DNA of 64,000 nt from an uncultured Chloroflexia bacterium (GCA_963779575.1 CAVZYT010000005.1:12636-76635); one strand, 5' to 3'; shown: positions 17,997 through 27,807, counted from the stretch's first letter. The notes: generated by a model not told the origin, from the letters alone. Made by a program: numbers and translations.

Positions 17997-18604
17997 CCCC
18001 GATCCGTGTGCTGATCGCGGAGGATCAGTCGCTGATTCGAGCTGCGATCGGCCAACTGCTCGAGGCCCACGGCGAGTGCGAGGTGGTGGCCCAGGTCGGG
18101 CGCGGCGACGAGGTCCTCGCGGCCGCGCTCGAGACTCGACCTGACGTGGCGCTCCTGGACATCGAGCTTCCGGGGGCGGATGGGATCGCTGCCGCAGCCT
18201 TGCTCCGAGACCACGTTCCAGGGTGCAAGGTGTTGATCCTGACCGTCTTCGGACGCCCGGGCTACATGCAGCGTGCGCTTGAGAGCGGGGCTCGCGGGTT
18301 CATCCTGAAGGACAGTTCACCGCGCGAGTTGATGGATGCGGTGCGCCGCGTCGCAGAAGGCCAACGAGTCCTCGATCCGACGCTCGCGGTTCTCGCGATC
18401 CAGGAGGGTGCGAACCCCCTCACGGCAAGAGAACGGGAGGTCCTGTCGTTGAGCCGGTCGGGAGCCGCTGTTGCCAGTGTCGCTCGGGAGCTGCACCTGA
18501 CCGAGGGCACCGTTCGCAACTATCTCTCGACCGCGATGCAGAAGCTGAACGCCACCAGCCGGGTCGAGGCGGCTCTCGTCGCAGAGGAGAAGGGCTGGCT
18601 GTAG
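17993..18604 (+). CDS. Response regulator, NarL/LuxR family
   Basis: Receiver domain (VLIAEDQSL..DVALLDIELPGADG..KVLILT) plus a LuxR HTH (..LTAREREVLSL..LHLTEGTVRNYLSTAMQKL). GTGA overlap with the kinase stop. Confidence 0.9.
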   Translation: MTPIRVLIAEDQSLIRAAIGQLLEAHGECEVVAQVGRGDEVLAAALETRPDVALLDIELPGADGIAAAALLRDHVPGCKVLILTVFGRPGYMQRALESGARGFILKDSSPRELMDAVRRVAEGQRVLDPTLAVLAIQEGANPLTAREREVLSLSRSGAAVASVARELHLTEGTVRNYLSTAMQKLNATSRVEAALVAEEKGWL

Positions 18605-18670
18605 GCCCTTCCCAGGGGCCGTGAGGTATGGGCCGCGGCGCGGCGGAGTGGAGTCAAGACCCACCGGGCG

Positions 18671-19897
18671 TCAGAAGTCCTCCCCGAGCCGATCCAGGTC
18701 GGGGACACTGAGGATCTCGGAGTACAGAACGCTCTGCGGATCGTCCGACAGCGGCAGTCCGAAGTACAGGACGCCGATGTTCCGCGTCACCATCTTCCGG
18801 AGTCGAGCCGCCTCGAGGCTCGCGCCGAAGGGACCCGTCGCGTTCATGCGTGAGGTCGAAACCACGGCGAGATGGCCCCCGGCGCGATTGCTGAACGCCC
18901 ACCGCCACTCGGGAATGCCACGGATGTACATGTCTGTCGGCAACACGCCGATCACGACGCTGTTCGGGTCGGCGGCTTCCGGATAGATGGTCGGCAGCAG
19001 CCCGATGAGGTCCTCGGCAGCCACCTGGTGGCGCCTAGGGTCCTCAATGTTCGCCGGGATGGGAGCGGGCGGGAGGATGTCGACTGTGAGGTCATATCGG
19101 GCCGCATAGAAGTCGGCCAGATCCTGGAGGTCCGCTGCGGCAAGCCCACCGAGCGGGGCGAGGTGGACAGTCCTGCCAGGCGGATGGACCGGGACGATCG
19201 CCGCGCGACCCCCCGGCGCCCCACTCGTGATCCCTGTCGCGATACTGCCAAAGCCGATCACGAGGCACGCTACTGCTGCGAAGGTGCCGAGCCTGAGCAC
19301 GCCCCTGACGATCGCGGCGCGTTTCCGACGGCGCTCAGCTACCGGCCCTCGGAGGGCGTCCCAGCTGACGGCGAGCAGCGCGACTCGTTCCTGCCAGGGC
19401 TGCCAGTCATCGGCCACTGCCCCGGATCGCTGACGGTCCACCCACTCGACGTCGCCTTCCGCGAGCCCCTCAACCAGGGAGGCCCAGTCGTGACTGGGCG
19501 CCGGGACCGTAACCGTGTGTCGCCAGTGAGCCTTGCCGGGGGCGGACTCGTCGCCGGTCTGGGCGGCTGCCACGAAGGGCTGACGCGCCCGGATGACGTC
19601 CTGATCGAAGGTCCACGCTGGCAGCCTGTCGCCAAGGAGCAGGCGATCCTCCAGCGACTTCGGCAGACCCAGCCCAAGCGTCACCACGCCGGCCATGAGG
19701 AACGCGCCGACGATGATGGCCTCGTCGTCGGCGTCCGTGATGAACCTCGGATCGAGGCCAAACCTCGCGACGGTCAGGGCGGCGAGGATCACGAGGATCA
19801 GGGCTATGGCCGCCCAGAAGACGTCTCGCCTGCGTACGGCCGCGGCCGCAAAAGCCCCGGCAAGCGCGATGACTCCGACGATGCCGCCGAGCGTCAT
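18671..19897 (-). CDS. Membrane protein whose C-terminal domain resembles archaemetzincin (peptidase M54) but lacks the HExxH/Cys ligands
   Basis: I chose the start MTLGGIVGVIALAG. About 4 TM helices. The C-terminus ..VIGVLPTDMYIRGIPEWRWAFSNRAGGHLAVVSTSRM...KMVTRNIGVLYFGLPLSDDPQSVLY lines up by eye with the archaemetzincin core. RNIGV replaces HELGH. Confidence 0.55.
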   Translation of the reverse strand: MTLGGIVGVIALAGAFAAAAVRRRDVFWAAIALILVILAALTVARFGLDPRFITDADDEAIIVGAFLMAGVVTLGLGLPKSLEDRLLLGDRLPAWTFDQDVIRARQPFVAAAQTGDESAPGKAHWRHTVTVPAPSHDWASLVEGLAEGDVEWVDRQRSGAVADDWQPWQERVALLAVSWDALRGPVAERRRKRAAIVRGVLRLGTFAAVACLVIGFGSIATGITSGAPGGRAAIVPVHPPGRTVHLAPLGGLAAADLQDLADFYAARYDLTVDILPPAPIPANIEDPRRHQVAAEDLIGLLPTIYPEAADPNSVVIGVLPTDMYIRGIPEWRWAFSNRAGGHLAVVSTSRMNATGPFGASLEAARLRKMVTRNIGVLYFGLPLSDDPQSVLYSEILSVPDLDRLGEDF

Positions 19898-20276
19898 GCG
19901 CAGGTCCCGGGTTGCGCTCGAGATTTGAAGGCGATGAACGCGCCCGTATCCATTACGGCTTCGATGATGCGTCGCGATGCGTGTCGGCAGGCGGCCTCGA
20001 GTTCCAAGCGACGAAGCGGCGCCCGACGAGCCTCGACACGTTCCACGCGAGAATCGCGGACACGTCCACCGTCCACATTCGGCCGACCCCACCAAGCTTG
20101 GGGATCGCCCAAACGAAGCCTACCTCGCTGGACTGATGGTGCTCCGGCAGCAGCGAAACGCGGTCGTGGCTCGGATGACCGCCGGACAGCACCACGCCTG
20201 CTGTCGTGGTCGACCAACCAGCCCGGGTAGCCTTCGGCGGCCAGACACATCTCGGCCTCGTGTCCAGCGCGACCAG

Positions 20277-20376
20277 GATCCCGGAGACTCGACGGCGGTG
20301 ACGTCATCGTGGCGGGTGGCTCGGTGTGGGTCACGGCGGAAGCTAAGCCGTACGTGCTGCGGATCTCGCCGCATTG
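20277..20376 (+). pseudogene. Remnant of the last ~30 codons of a third beta-propeller lipoprotein paralog
   Basis: Translates as ..RLDGGDVIVAGGSVWVTAEAKPYVLRISPH*. The ends of 22276-23328 and 24699-25788 read ..DITVAGGSLWVTADGKPYVVRISPT* and ..NVAVAGGSVWVAAEGQPYVVKISPQ*. Confidence 0.55.
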
Positions 20377-20402
20377 ATCGGGTGACGTCGAGCAGGGGTG
20401 TC

Positions 20403-20486
20403 GCGGCGAAATCTTCAACCGATTGTGGCGATCGGGCCGTCATATGGTTCACAGGCGGCCACGTCGGTCGCCGCGGAGGAACCTAG
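20403..20486 (+). promoter_or_regulatory. 84-bp conserved leader (copy A) with a candidate ECF-type promoter (TTCAACC-N17/18-CGTCA) and RBS GGAGGA upstream of the ECF sigma gene
   Basis: 74/84 identical to 24524-24607 by my count. AAC at 20417-20419 and CGT at 20438-20440 are 18 nt apart. Confidence 0.4.
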
Positions 20487-21041
20487 GTGACGCGAGCTCT
20501 TGTCGAGGCGGCCCGGCGCGGTGATCACGAGGCCTTCGAGGTCCTCGCGGTTGCCGCCGGCGATCGTCTCTTCCGGATTGCCCGCCTCGTGCTCCGCGAC
20601 GTCCAGCTGGCCGAGGACGCAGTCCAGGAAGCCCTCGTCAAGGCCTGGCGAGAGCTGCCCAGCCTGCGCGATCCCGAGCGGTTCGATGCCTGGCTGCATC
20701 GGCTGCTCGTGAATGCCTGCGCCGACCAGGGTCGGCGCCACCGATCGCGCCCGGTGGAGGTCCGGATCCTCCAAATCGAGCCGGCAGAGCCTGACAGCAG
20801 CCAGGCCTCCGCCGATCGCGACCAGCTGGAACGCGGCTTCAGGCGCCTGAAGCCCGAGCAACGGGTCGCAATCGTTCTCCACTTCTACCTCGGCCTGAGC
20901 GTCCCCGAGATCGCGGACACGCTCGGCGTCCCCGTGGGGACGGTCAAGTCGAGGCTCCACTACGCGACCCTGGCCATGCGGGCGACGCTCGAGGCGGATG
21001 CTCGCCGGCCGGCTGCCGCTGCGAACGGACGACTGGCATGA
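20487..21041 (+). CDS. ECF-type RNA polymerase sigma factor
   Basis: ..AFEVL..LFRIARLVLRDVQLAEDAVQEALVKAWREL.. (region 2) and ..QRVAIVLHFYLGLSVPEIADTLGVPVGTVKSRLHYA (region 4). Confidence 0.85.
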   Translation: MTRALVEAARRGDHEAFEVLAVAAGDRLFRIARLVLRDVQLAEDAVQEALVKAWRELPSLRDPERFDAWLHRLLVNACADQGRRHRSRPVEVRILQIEPAEPDSSQASADRDQLERGFRRLKPEQRVAIVLHFYLGLSVPEIADTLGVPVGTVKSRLHYATLAMRATLEADARRPAAAANGRLA

Positions 21042-22222
21042 CCGACGACCGAAGCTTCGACCGACGGATGGTGACGTGGCTCGAGGAGGAAGCCACCGGC
21101 TTCCTGCCCGATCGCGTCCTCGAATCCGTGTTCGCCGAAACGCGCGCCGCGCGACGCCCAGTCCGGCCGTTCGCCGGGCGGTTCCCCAAGGTGCCTCGTA
21201 TCGCCGTGGCCCTCATGGCGGTCAGCGCCACTGCGATCGTCCTCATGCTCGGGGTGTCACTCCTCGGGCGGTCGTCCGCCCGCGTTGGTGGTCCACCCGC
21301 GTCGACTGCTCCGCTGGCGAGCAACCAGGCCGCGCCCTCGACGTCGGTCTCCGGCCCACTGGTGCCCCAGGCACGGATCCCCGTGTCCAGCGACGGCGGG
21401 ATCGTGTTCGCGTTCGACTCCCTATGGATCGGCGATCTGAACGGCGTGCAGCGGATCGATCCGGCAACGAACGCCTCCACGTTGATCCCGACGACCGGAG
21501 CCGCCGGCGTGTCGGCCGACAGCGCCGCGGTCTATGCCGACACCAGCGCGGGGAAGCTGCGGATCGACCCGAGCTCGAACCTCGCCACACCGGTCAAGGT
21601 CAAGGCCAAGGGGATGCCCGCGTTCGGCAGCACGTGGGACATGGGTATGGACGGCACGCTCACTCGCTACAACGCGACGACCGGCGTGGAGACCGGTCAC
21701 GTGTCGGTCCAGGGACCGGTCGGGTCGTGGCCCAACTCCACGTCGGGCTTCGGGTCCATCTGGATCGCCTCGGGCGATACGCACACGCTGATCCGCCTCA
21801 ACCCCACCACCCTCAAGATCACCGCCACCGTCAGCGGGATGTCGACGGCGGACAGCCTGTGGTCGGTCGGCATCGCCTTCGGTTCGGTGTGGGTCCAGGT
21901 GAACGACGCGCCACCAACGGGCATGCTCTACCGGATCGATCCCGCCACGAACACGGTCATCGCCGCGATCCCTGTCGGCGACTCGGTGCACACAGGGCAA
22001 TACGGCGGCACGAACCTCGCCTTCAGCAGCGACTCGGTCTGGACGGCGGACTCCGGCGCGACCGTCAGCCGGGTCGATGCGTCCGCGAACCGACTGATCT
22101 CGGCGAGGCAAATCGACCTGTCGGCACCGGAGTCGATTGCATTCGGCGCAGGCTCCGTTTGGGTCCGCAATCAGGACACGCCCGTGGTCGAGCGGCTGGA
22201 TGCCGCCGCCTGGGGACCGTAA
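21038..22222 (+). CDS. Anti-sigma-like single-pass membrane protein with an extracytoplasmic beta-propeller-like domain
   Basis: ATGA overlap with the sigma stop. Short cytoplasmic N-terminus, a TM helix (IAVALMAVSATAIVLMLGVSLL), then repeats of the type ..RIDPATN..I.. /..GSVWV.. Confidence 0.65.
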   Translation: MTDDRSFDRRMVTWLEEEATGFLPDRVLESVFAETRAARRPVRPFAGRFPKVPRIAVALMAVSATAIVLMLGVSLLGRSSARVGGPPASTAPLASNQAAPSTSVSGPLVPQARIPVSSDGGIVFAFDSLWIGDLNGVQRIDPATNASTLIPTTGAAGVSADSAAVYADTSAGKLRIDPSSNLATPVKVKAKGMPAFGSTWDMGMDGTLTRYNATTGVETGHVSVQGPVGSWPNSTSGFGSIWIASGDTHTLIRLNPTTLKITATVSGMSTADSLWSVGIAFGSVWVQVNDAPPTGMLYRIDPATNTVIAAIPVGDSVHTGQYGGTNLAFSSDSVWTADSGATVSRVDASANRLISARQIDLSAPESIAFGAGSVWVRNQDTPVVERLDAAAWGP

Positions 22223-22275
22223 GGACCCGATCCCGCAACTGTCGGCTGACCAGCCACAACCCGAGGAGTAGTTCA

Positions 22276-23328
22276 ATGCGCCCTTCGTCAGTGGTCATCA
22301 GGGCGAGCGTCGCCGCCATGGTCGTGATCTCGCTTGGAGCCTGTGCGGCGACGCCGCCGAGTCCATCACCCAGGGAGACCCCGCCAGCGGCTTCCGTGAG
22401 TGCGTCGGCAACGAGCTCGGCGGACGCTCTCGCGTCGCAGGCGCCGTTGACGACGGCGGCGCCATCGGCGCCTGCGTCCATCCCGGCCGAGGCAGGGGTG
22501 GTCAGTCGGATCCAGGTCGGCGAACCCGTCGAACCGCGCTGGTTCGCCGCGGACGATCAGTCGCTGTGGGTCCACGAGCCCACCAGCCTGGTGCGCGTCG
22601 ACCTGGCGACGTCCGCCGTCACCGGGCACGTCCCCCTGAACTGGATGGACTACGGCTACGTGACGACCGGGGCAGGTGCCGTCTGGCAGACGGACTACGA
22701 GAACGACACGCTCGTCAGGATCGACCCGGTGACCGAATCAGTGGTTGCGCGGATCCCGGTCGGATTGCAACCCGAGGGCGTGGCCGTGACTGCGGGCTCG
22801 GTGTGGGTTGCCGACGAGCACAGTGGAGCAGTCACCCGCGTCGATCCCGCCACCAACCGCGTCGTCGCGACGATCCCGATCGGTGAGGCCGGGTCCAACG
22901 GGCCGCAGATCATGACGGCCGGACCCGGAGGTGTCTGGGTGGACGTCCCCAACCTGGGCGAGGTGGTGCGGATCGATGCCGCGACCAACAAGGTCGGCCT
23001 GCGGGTGCCGCTCGAAGGCCCGGTGGCAAGTGACGGCAAGGAGGTCTGGATCAGCGTCAGTCCAGACACGGACGGGGGGCTGCCGCAGGTCGTGCGCATC
23101 GATCCGGACTCGGGCAAGGTCATCACCACGGTCGACGGCGTCGGCGGAAACCTGGCCACGGGCCTCGGATCCGTGTGGGCCGGGACGGCCCGGATCGACG
23201 GAGCGACGGGTCGGATCGTCGGGAGCATCGACATCGGCGACGACGGCGGCGACATCACCGTGGCAGGTGGCTCGCTCTGGGTCACGGCGGACGGCAAGCC
23301 GTACGTCGTGCGGATCTCGCCGACGTGA
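22276..23328 (+). CDS. Lipoprotein with YVTN-type beta-propeller repeats
   Basis: GAGGAG precedes the ATG at 22276. Lipobox VVISLGAC. Repeats such as VARIPVGLQPEGVAVTAGSVWVADEHSGAVTRVDPATNRVVATIPIG. Confidence 0.8.
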   Translation: MRPSSVVIRASVAAMVVISLGACAATPPSPSPRETPPAASVSASATSSADALASQAPLTTAAPSAPASIPAEAGVVSRIQVGEPVEPRWFAADDQSLWVHEPTSLVRVDLATSAVTGHVPLNWMDYGYVTTGAGAVWQTDYENDTLVRIDPVTESVVARIPVGLQPEGVAVTAGSVWVADEHSGAVTRVDPATNRVVATIPIGEAGSNGPQIMTAGPGGVWVDVPNLGEVVRIDAATNKVGLRVPLEGPVASDGKEVWISVSPDTDGGLPQVVRIDPDSGKVITTVDGVGGNLATGLGSVWAGTARIDGATGRIVGSIDIGDDGGDITVAGGSLWVTADGKPYVVRISPT

Positions 23329-24446
23329 TCCCGGCCATCGCCCGCACCGACACCATCGGGCGGATCCCGTGGCGACCGATCGCCATCGCCGCCGTGCTCG
23401 TCGTCGCCGCGGCGACGGCCCTGGTCCTCACCGCGGGGACCGGGCGACGGGCCCTTCCGCCGCCGTCCGGCCCCGCCCGCGACGGTGTCATCGTCCTGAG
23501 CGTCAAGGGCGACATCGTGACGGTCGACCCGGCGACGGGCGCGACGAAGGTGATCATCGGGGGGCCCGAGACGGATACGTCCCCTGTGTTCTCGGGCCTC
23601 GGCACGCAGGTGCTGTTCCGTCGGACTTCGGCAGACTCGGTGTCCGCGGTCATGTCGGACGCCGACGGATCGAACGTTCGGCAGCTCCTCAGCGGACCCC
23701 AGGCTCGGCAGCACCTCTGGTGGGACTGGACAGCCGACGGACGGCGGGTGATCTACCCGGACTACGAGCTGTCCGGCACTCGGACGTGGATCCTCGACAC
23801 CGTCGCGGGAACGACAACCGAGGTCCATCCGGGCGTGGACCAGCACTACGCGATGTGGCGACCGGGCCACGACGAGTACCTGTTCCGCAGCTCGGAATCC
23901 GGGCGCTTGCGCTACTTCCTCGCCTCGGCGGACGGCCCCGCCGTACGGGAGATCCCGTTCCCGGACGGCGGCGTATTCGGAATGCGGGTGTCGCCCGACG
24001 GTTCCACGCTCGTGTACGTGCCTGGGGACGGCTCGCCGGGCCCCCTGCACACGATCGACATCGATACCGGTCACGATCGACGGCTGACCCCGCCGGGCGA
24101 CGGCTACGAGTGGTTCAATCCGCAGTTCTCGCCCGACGGGACGCAGATCCTCGCCGAACGGTACCCGGCGAGGGCGACCGGGACGATTGACGCGTCGGCC
24201 GGGCAGTACTCCCTGGTGCTCGTGCCGGTCGATGGTGCCGGTCCTGTGGTCGAGCTGGGCCTCCCGTCCTTCCCCGACGGCCCGCCAAACAATGCGCTGA
24301 TGCAGTTCTCACCCGACGGGACGAGCGTGCTTGCGAATTTCGGGGACGACAGCACGTCGTGGATGCTCGACACGACGGGCGGACCGGCACGGAAGGTCGA
24401 CATGCCGTACCCCAATGAGTCGGCCTGGCAGCGACTCGCGCCATGA
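23325..24446 (+). CDS. TolB-like / PD40 WD40-like beta-propeller protein with an N-terminal membrane anchor
   Basis: The GTG at 23325 overlaps the upstream stop (GTGA). Repeated ..SPDG(S/T)..(L/V).. motifs (FSPDGTQILA, VSPDGSTLVYV, FSPDGTSVLA). Confidence 0.7.
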   Translation: MIPAIARTDTIGRIPWRPIAIAAVLVVAAATALVLTAGTGRRALPPPSGPARDGVIVLSVKGDIVTVDPATGATKVIIGGPETDTSPVFSGLGTQVLFRRTSADSVSAVMSDADGSNVRQLLSGPQARQHLWWDWTADGRRVIYPDYELSGTRTWILDTVAGTTTEVHPGVDQHYAMWRPGHDEYLFRSSESGRLRYFLASADGPAVREIPFPDGGVFGMRVSPDGSTLVYVPGDGSPGPLHTIDIDTGHDRRLTPPGDGYEWFNPQFSPDGTQILAERYPARATGTIDASAGQYSLVLVPVDGAGPVVELGLPSFPDGPPNNALMQFSPDGTSVLANFGDDSTSWMLDTTGGPARKVDMPYPNESAWQRLAP

Positions 24447-24523
24447 GGCCGTGCCCAGGGCGCCCGGGTTCGCGCATTGATCCTCGCGTCCGCGCGGCCG
24501 ACACATCGGGCGCCGAAAACGCG

Positions 24524-24607
24524 GCGGCGAATTCTTCAACCGACTGAGGCGAACGGGCCGTCATGTGGTTCACAGGTGGCCACATCGGTCGCCGCCGAGG
24601 ACCCAGG
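24524..24607 (+). promoter_or_regulatory. 84-bp conserved leader (copy B) with the same candidate ECF-type promoter, here upstream of the second lipoprotein paralog
   Basis: 88% identical to 20403-20486. No sigma gene follows this copy. Confidence 0.4.
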
Positions 24608-24698
24608 CAGCGGCCTGCGTCCTGAGGCCGTGCCCTTGATGCAAGACGACCTGCGAGACCTGACACCAGACCGACATTCGTGGGGGAAGGAGGAAGAC

Positions 24699-25788
24699 AT
24701 GACGCACCGGTCGATTCGATCCACGCCGCTGGTCGTGAGGGCGAGCGTCGCCGTCATGGTCGCGATCTCCGTCGGAGCCTGTGCGGCGACGGCGGCGAGT
24801 CCTTCGCCTCGTCAGACCGCACCGGCGGCCTCCGCGAGCGAGCCCGCCACGAGCATCCGCGGACGTCGTCGAGTCGCCGGCGGCATCGACGGGTGCGGAT
24901 CCGTCGCCGTCTCCGTCATACCCGGCCGGGGCAAAGATCGACGGCCGGATCCAGGTCGGCGAGCCCGTCGCACCGCGCTGGCTCGCTGCCGACGACACGT
25001 CGCTCTGGGTCCACGAGCCCCAGAGCCTCGTGAGCGTGGACCTGGCGACCTCCGCCGTCACCGGACAGGTCAACACGGGCTCGATGGAGTACGGCTATGC
25101 GGCGACCGGAGGAGGTTCTGTCTGGCAGACGGACTACGAGGGCGGCCACGTCCTGAGGATCGACCCGGTCAGCGGCAAGACGCTCGCGACGATCCCTGTC
25201 GGGTTGCAACCGCTGGGCGTCGTCGTGACTGCGGACGCCGTGTGGGTGGCCAACGAGCACAGCGGCTCGGTCACGCGCATCGATCCCGCGACCAACAAGG
25301 TGGTCGCGACGATCCCGATCAACTCGCCCGACTCCGCCGGGCCGCAGATCATGGCGGCAGGCCCCGGTGGTGGTGTCTGGGTGGGCGTCCCGAACATGGG
25401 CTCGGTGGTGCGGATCGATGCCGCGACGAACAAGGTCGGGCTGGTGGTGCCGTGGGACGGCCCGGTGGCGAGCGACGGCAAGGAGGTCTGGATCGCCGTC
25501 GTTGCGGGGATCGACGGGCTGGCGCAGGCCATCCGCATCGATCCGGACTCGGGCAAGGTCATCACGGCGGTCGACCTGAGCGAGGAAGGCGGCGTCTGCG
25601 GCCTGGCCGTCGGCCTCGGATCGGTCTGGGTCGGCACAGGCGGGTTGACGCGGATCGACCCTGCGACGGGACGCATCGTCGGGCGCCTCGATCTCGGTGC
25701 CGATTGCGGCAATGTCGCCGTGGCGGGTGGCTCAGTGTGGGTCGCGGCAGAAGGTCAGCCGTACGTGGTCAAGATCTCGCCGCAGTGA
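24699..25788 (+). pseudogene. Second YVTN beta-propeller lipoprotein paralog with a frameshift near 24856
   Basis: The signal peptide with lipobox (MTHRSIRSTPLVVRASVAVMVAISVGAC) is in one frame. The rest (..SADVVESPAAS...RIQVGEPVAPRWLAADDTSLWVHEP...) is in the next frame. Length is 1090 nt. Confidence 0.75.
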
Positions 25789-25972
25789 TCGGCGATCCAG
25801 AGCGAGCCGAGCGAGCCCAGTTGAGCGGTGACCCGAGCATCGATCAGCCCTGAGGCGATCAGGGATTGACAGGAGCTGGAACGGGCAGCCATATTACGCA
25901 GCGCGCTATATCGCTACACGTAGTATCACAGGAGTCCGCTCCTCGACCCGCCTGACATGAGGCGTCCGATCG

Positions 25973-26725
25973 ATGCGCTACGTCCCAGGAGGCACCGTGC
26001 GGAGCACCACCCGGATCGCGGCGATCTCGACCAGCGTATTCGCCGTCGCCGCCATCCTCTGGTTCGCGCTGGAAAGCACGCCGCCACGGCTCGGTTTCGA
26101 GGACACGGATGACCCGGCGATCATGGTCGCGTTCATCCGACAACATCCCGAGGTCTTCGTCCAGGGCGGCACCATGCTGGTCCTCATGGCGATCAGCCTC
26201 GTCATCGCCGTCCTGGCCGTGGAGGATGTGGTTCGGCCACAGTCGGGCGGGGTGGGGCTTCGGTCCACGTCGGTCTTCGGCCTCTTCGCTGCGGCGCTCT
26301 TCCTGTTCGGCGGCGCGGTCCGGATCGGATCCTCGGGGCCGCTCCTCCACATGGCCGGCCTCAAAGACGCATGGGGCGAGAGCGCCTATGTCGCCGCTCA
26401 GGTCGCCAGCCAGGCCGTCCTGATCGGTGGGATCTTTGCCCTCTGCCTGTGGGAAGTGGGCTTGAGCTTGATCGGCTTTCGTACGAAGGTGATACCGGTC
26501 GCCCTCTGTGTCCTCGGCGTCCTCCCTGCCTTCCGCATCGTCAGTGGCCTGCTGGGCCCGCTGGGCCTCTTGCCGGATGTCGGCGCTCTGTGGGTCATCT
26601 CGATCGCGTCGATCTTCGGCACCATCCTGTGGTGCCTCGTGCTCGGCATCGTGCTCCTGCGCCGAAGCTGGCGGTCGAAGCAGGATCCGGAATTGGCAGT
26701 CCCGCGCTCCATCGTCAATCGCTAG
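25973..26725 (+). CDS. Multi-pass membrane protein, family not recognised
   Basis: 250 aa with about 6 hydrophobic segments. A possible TTGACA-N18-CATATT promoter lies at 25866-25895. Confidence 0.6.
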   Translation: MRYVPGGTVRSTTRIAAISTSVFAVAAILWFALESTPPRLGFEDTDDPAIMVAFIRQHPEVFVQGGTMLVLMAISLVIAVLAVEDVVRPQSGGVGLRSTSVFGLFAAALFLFGGAVRIGSSGPLLHMAGLKDAWGESAYVAAQVASQAVLIGGIFALCLWEVGLSLIGFRTKVIPVALCVLGVLPAFRIVSGLLGPLGLLPDVGALWVISIASIFGTILWCLVLGIVLLRRSWRSKQDPELAVPRSIVNR

Positions 26726-26740
26726 AGAGGTCGCTGTCCG

Positions 26741-27283
26741 ATGCGTCCCGCGCTCTTCGCCCTCACCGGAGTCGCCCTCTTCTTGTACTGGGCGCTGGGC
26801 AAGCCCACGTTCGATGCGGCGGCGTCCCAGTCGGAGTGGCCGACGGTCATATGGTTCAGCGCGACGCTGGCCTTGCTCGCGGTCGCGCTGCCAGTGTTCG
26901 GGCGCATGGTGGGTGGGCGTTGGGTGTTCCGACTGGCCATCGTCGCAGGTGCTGCCACGGGGTTGTCGAGCGTCGCCAACATCTTCGAGGACGGCCTGCG
27001 CCTGGACTGGGTCTTCGCCGTGTTCATCGTGGGCGAGCTCGTGTCACTGGTGTCACTCCTCGCGCTCGCCGTGGTGATCGCGGCGACGCGTCGTGGCAGC
27101 CGCCGGCTGCTCGCACTGGTTCCGGCAGGAACGGCGCTCGGTCTCCTTATGTTCGTGTACGCCGGCGGCATCATCATGCTGGCGACGTGGCTCGGGGCTG
27201 CCGCAGCGGCTCACGTGGGTTCGCGTGCTCAGGCAAGTCAAATCGTCATCGCAAACCCCGGTGGCATCGACGAGCCAGCGTAG
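26741..27283 (+). CDS. Multi-pass membrane protein, family not recognised
   Basis: 180 aa with about 5 hydrophobic segments. Confidence 0.55.
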   Translation: MRPALFALTGVALFLYWALGKPTFDAAASQSEWPTVIWFSATLALLAVALPVFGRMVGGRWVFRLAIVAGAATGLSSVANIFEDGLRLDWVFAVFIVGELVSLVSLLALAVVIAATRRGSRRLLALVPAGTALGLLMFVYAGGIIMLATWLGAAAAAHVGSRAQASQIVIANPGGIDEPA

Positions 27284-27387
27284 GGCTCACTCCTTGGTGT
27301 TTGGGACACCGGGAACCCTTTCGCGATTCCGCGCCGCAGACCAGACGGCCTCAAGGGTAGGCATCCGACCGGGCATTCACCCAGGTG

Positions 27388-27807
27388 TCAGTCGAATGAG
27401 CCCGTCCCGTCAAGCTGCTTCATCAGGCCGGAGATGTCCTGCACCATCCAGTGCTCGACCACCTGGCCGTCCCGGACGCGAAGCATGTCGAAGACGTCGA
27501 AGGCCATATGCTTGCCGGTCGGTGGGATGCCCATGAACTCGCCCTCGTGGGTTCCCGAGAACGTCTTCAAGGTCGCCACCAGGTCCCCCTCGGCGATCTG
27601 CAGCTTGATCTGGACCGAGAAGTCAGGGAACGCCTGCCACATGTAGGCGAACCACCCGATGCCCGCCTCCTTTGCCCCGTGCTCGACGGGACCCGTGCGG
27701 TCGACGAAGTCATCCGCCAGGATCTCTCGGGCCACATCGGGCTGGTGACCCGCCTGCCAGCCCTCGACAAGACGACGAACGAGGGCCTTGTTCTCATCCG
27801 GTGACAC
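27388..27807 (-). CDS. SnoaL-like / ester cyclase (NTF2-fold) protein
   Basis: MSPDENKALVRRLVEGW...FPDFSVQI..IAEGDLVA...GTHEGEFMGIPPTGK...FDMLRVRDGQVVEHW is the typical ester-cyclase pattern. Confidence 0.8.
   Translation of the reverse strand: MSPDENKALVRRLVEGWQAGHQPDVAREILADDFVDRTGPVEHGAKEAGIGWFAYMWQAFPDFSVQIKLQIAEGDLVATLKTFSGTHEGEFMGIPPTGKHMAFDVFDMLRVRDGQVVEHWMVQDISGLMKQLDGTGSFD

Noticed and set aside
18604-18620. GGCCC-ttcccag-GGGCC hairpin between convergent genes, considered as a terminator.
   Set aside because: The stem is only 5 bp and there is no U-tract. Too weak to report as a feature.
20415-24757. Conserved minus-strand peptides across the two 84-bp leaders (..VNHMTARSPQSVE(D/E)FAA.. 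and ..SSAATDVA(A/T)CEP(Y/H)DGP..) that might suggest a small antisense gene.
   Set aside because: Both frames are conserved simply because the DNA is 88% identical. There is no start/stop structure or RBS consistent with a gene.
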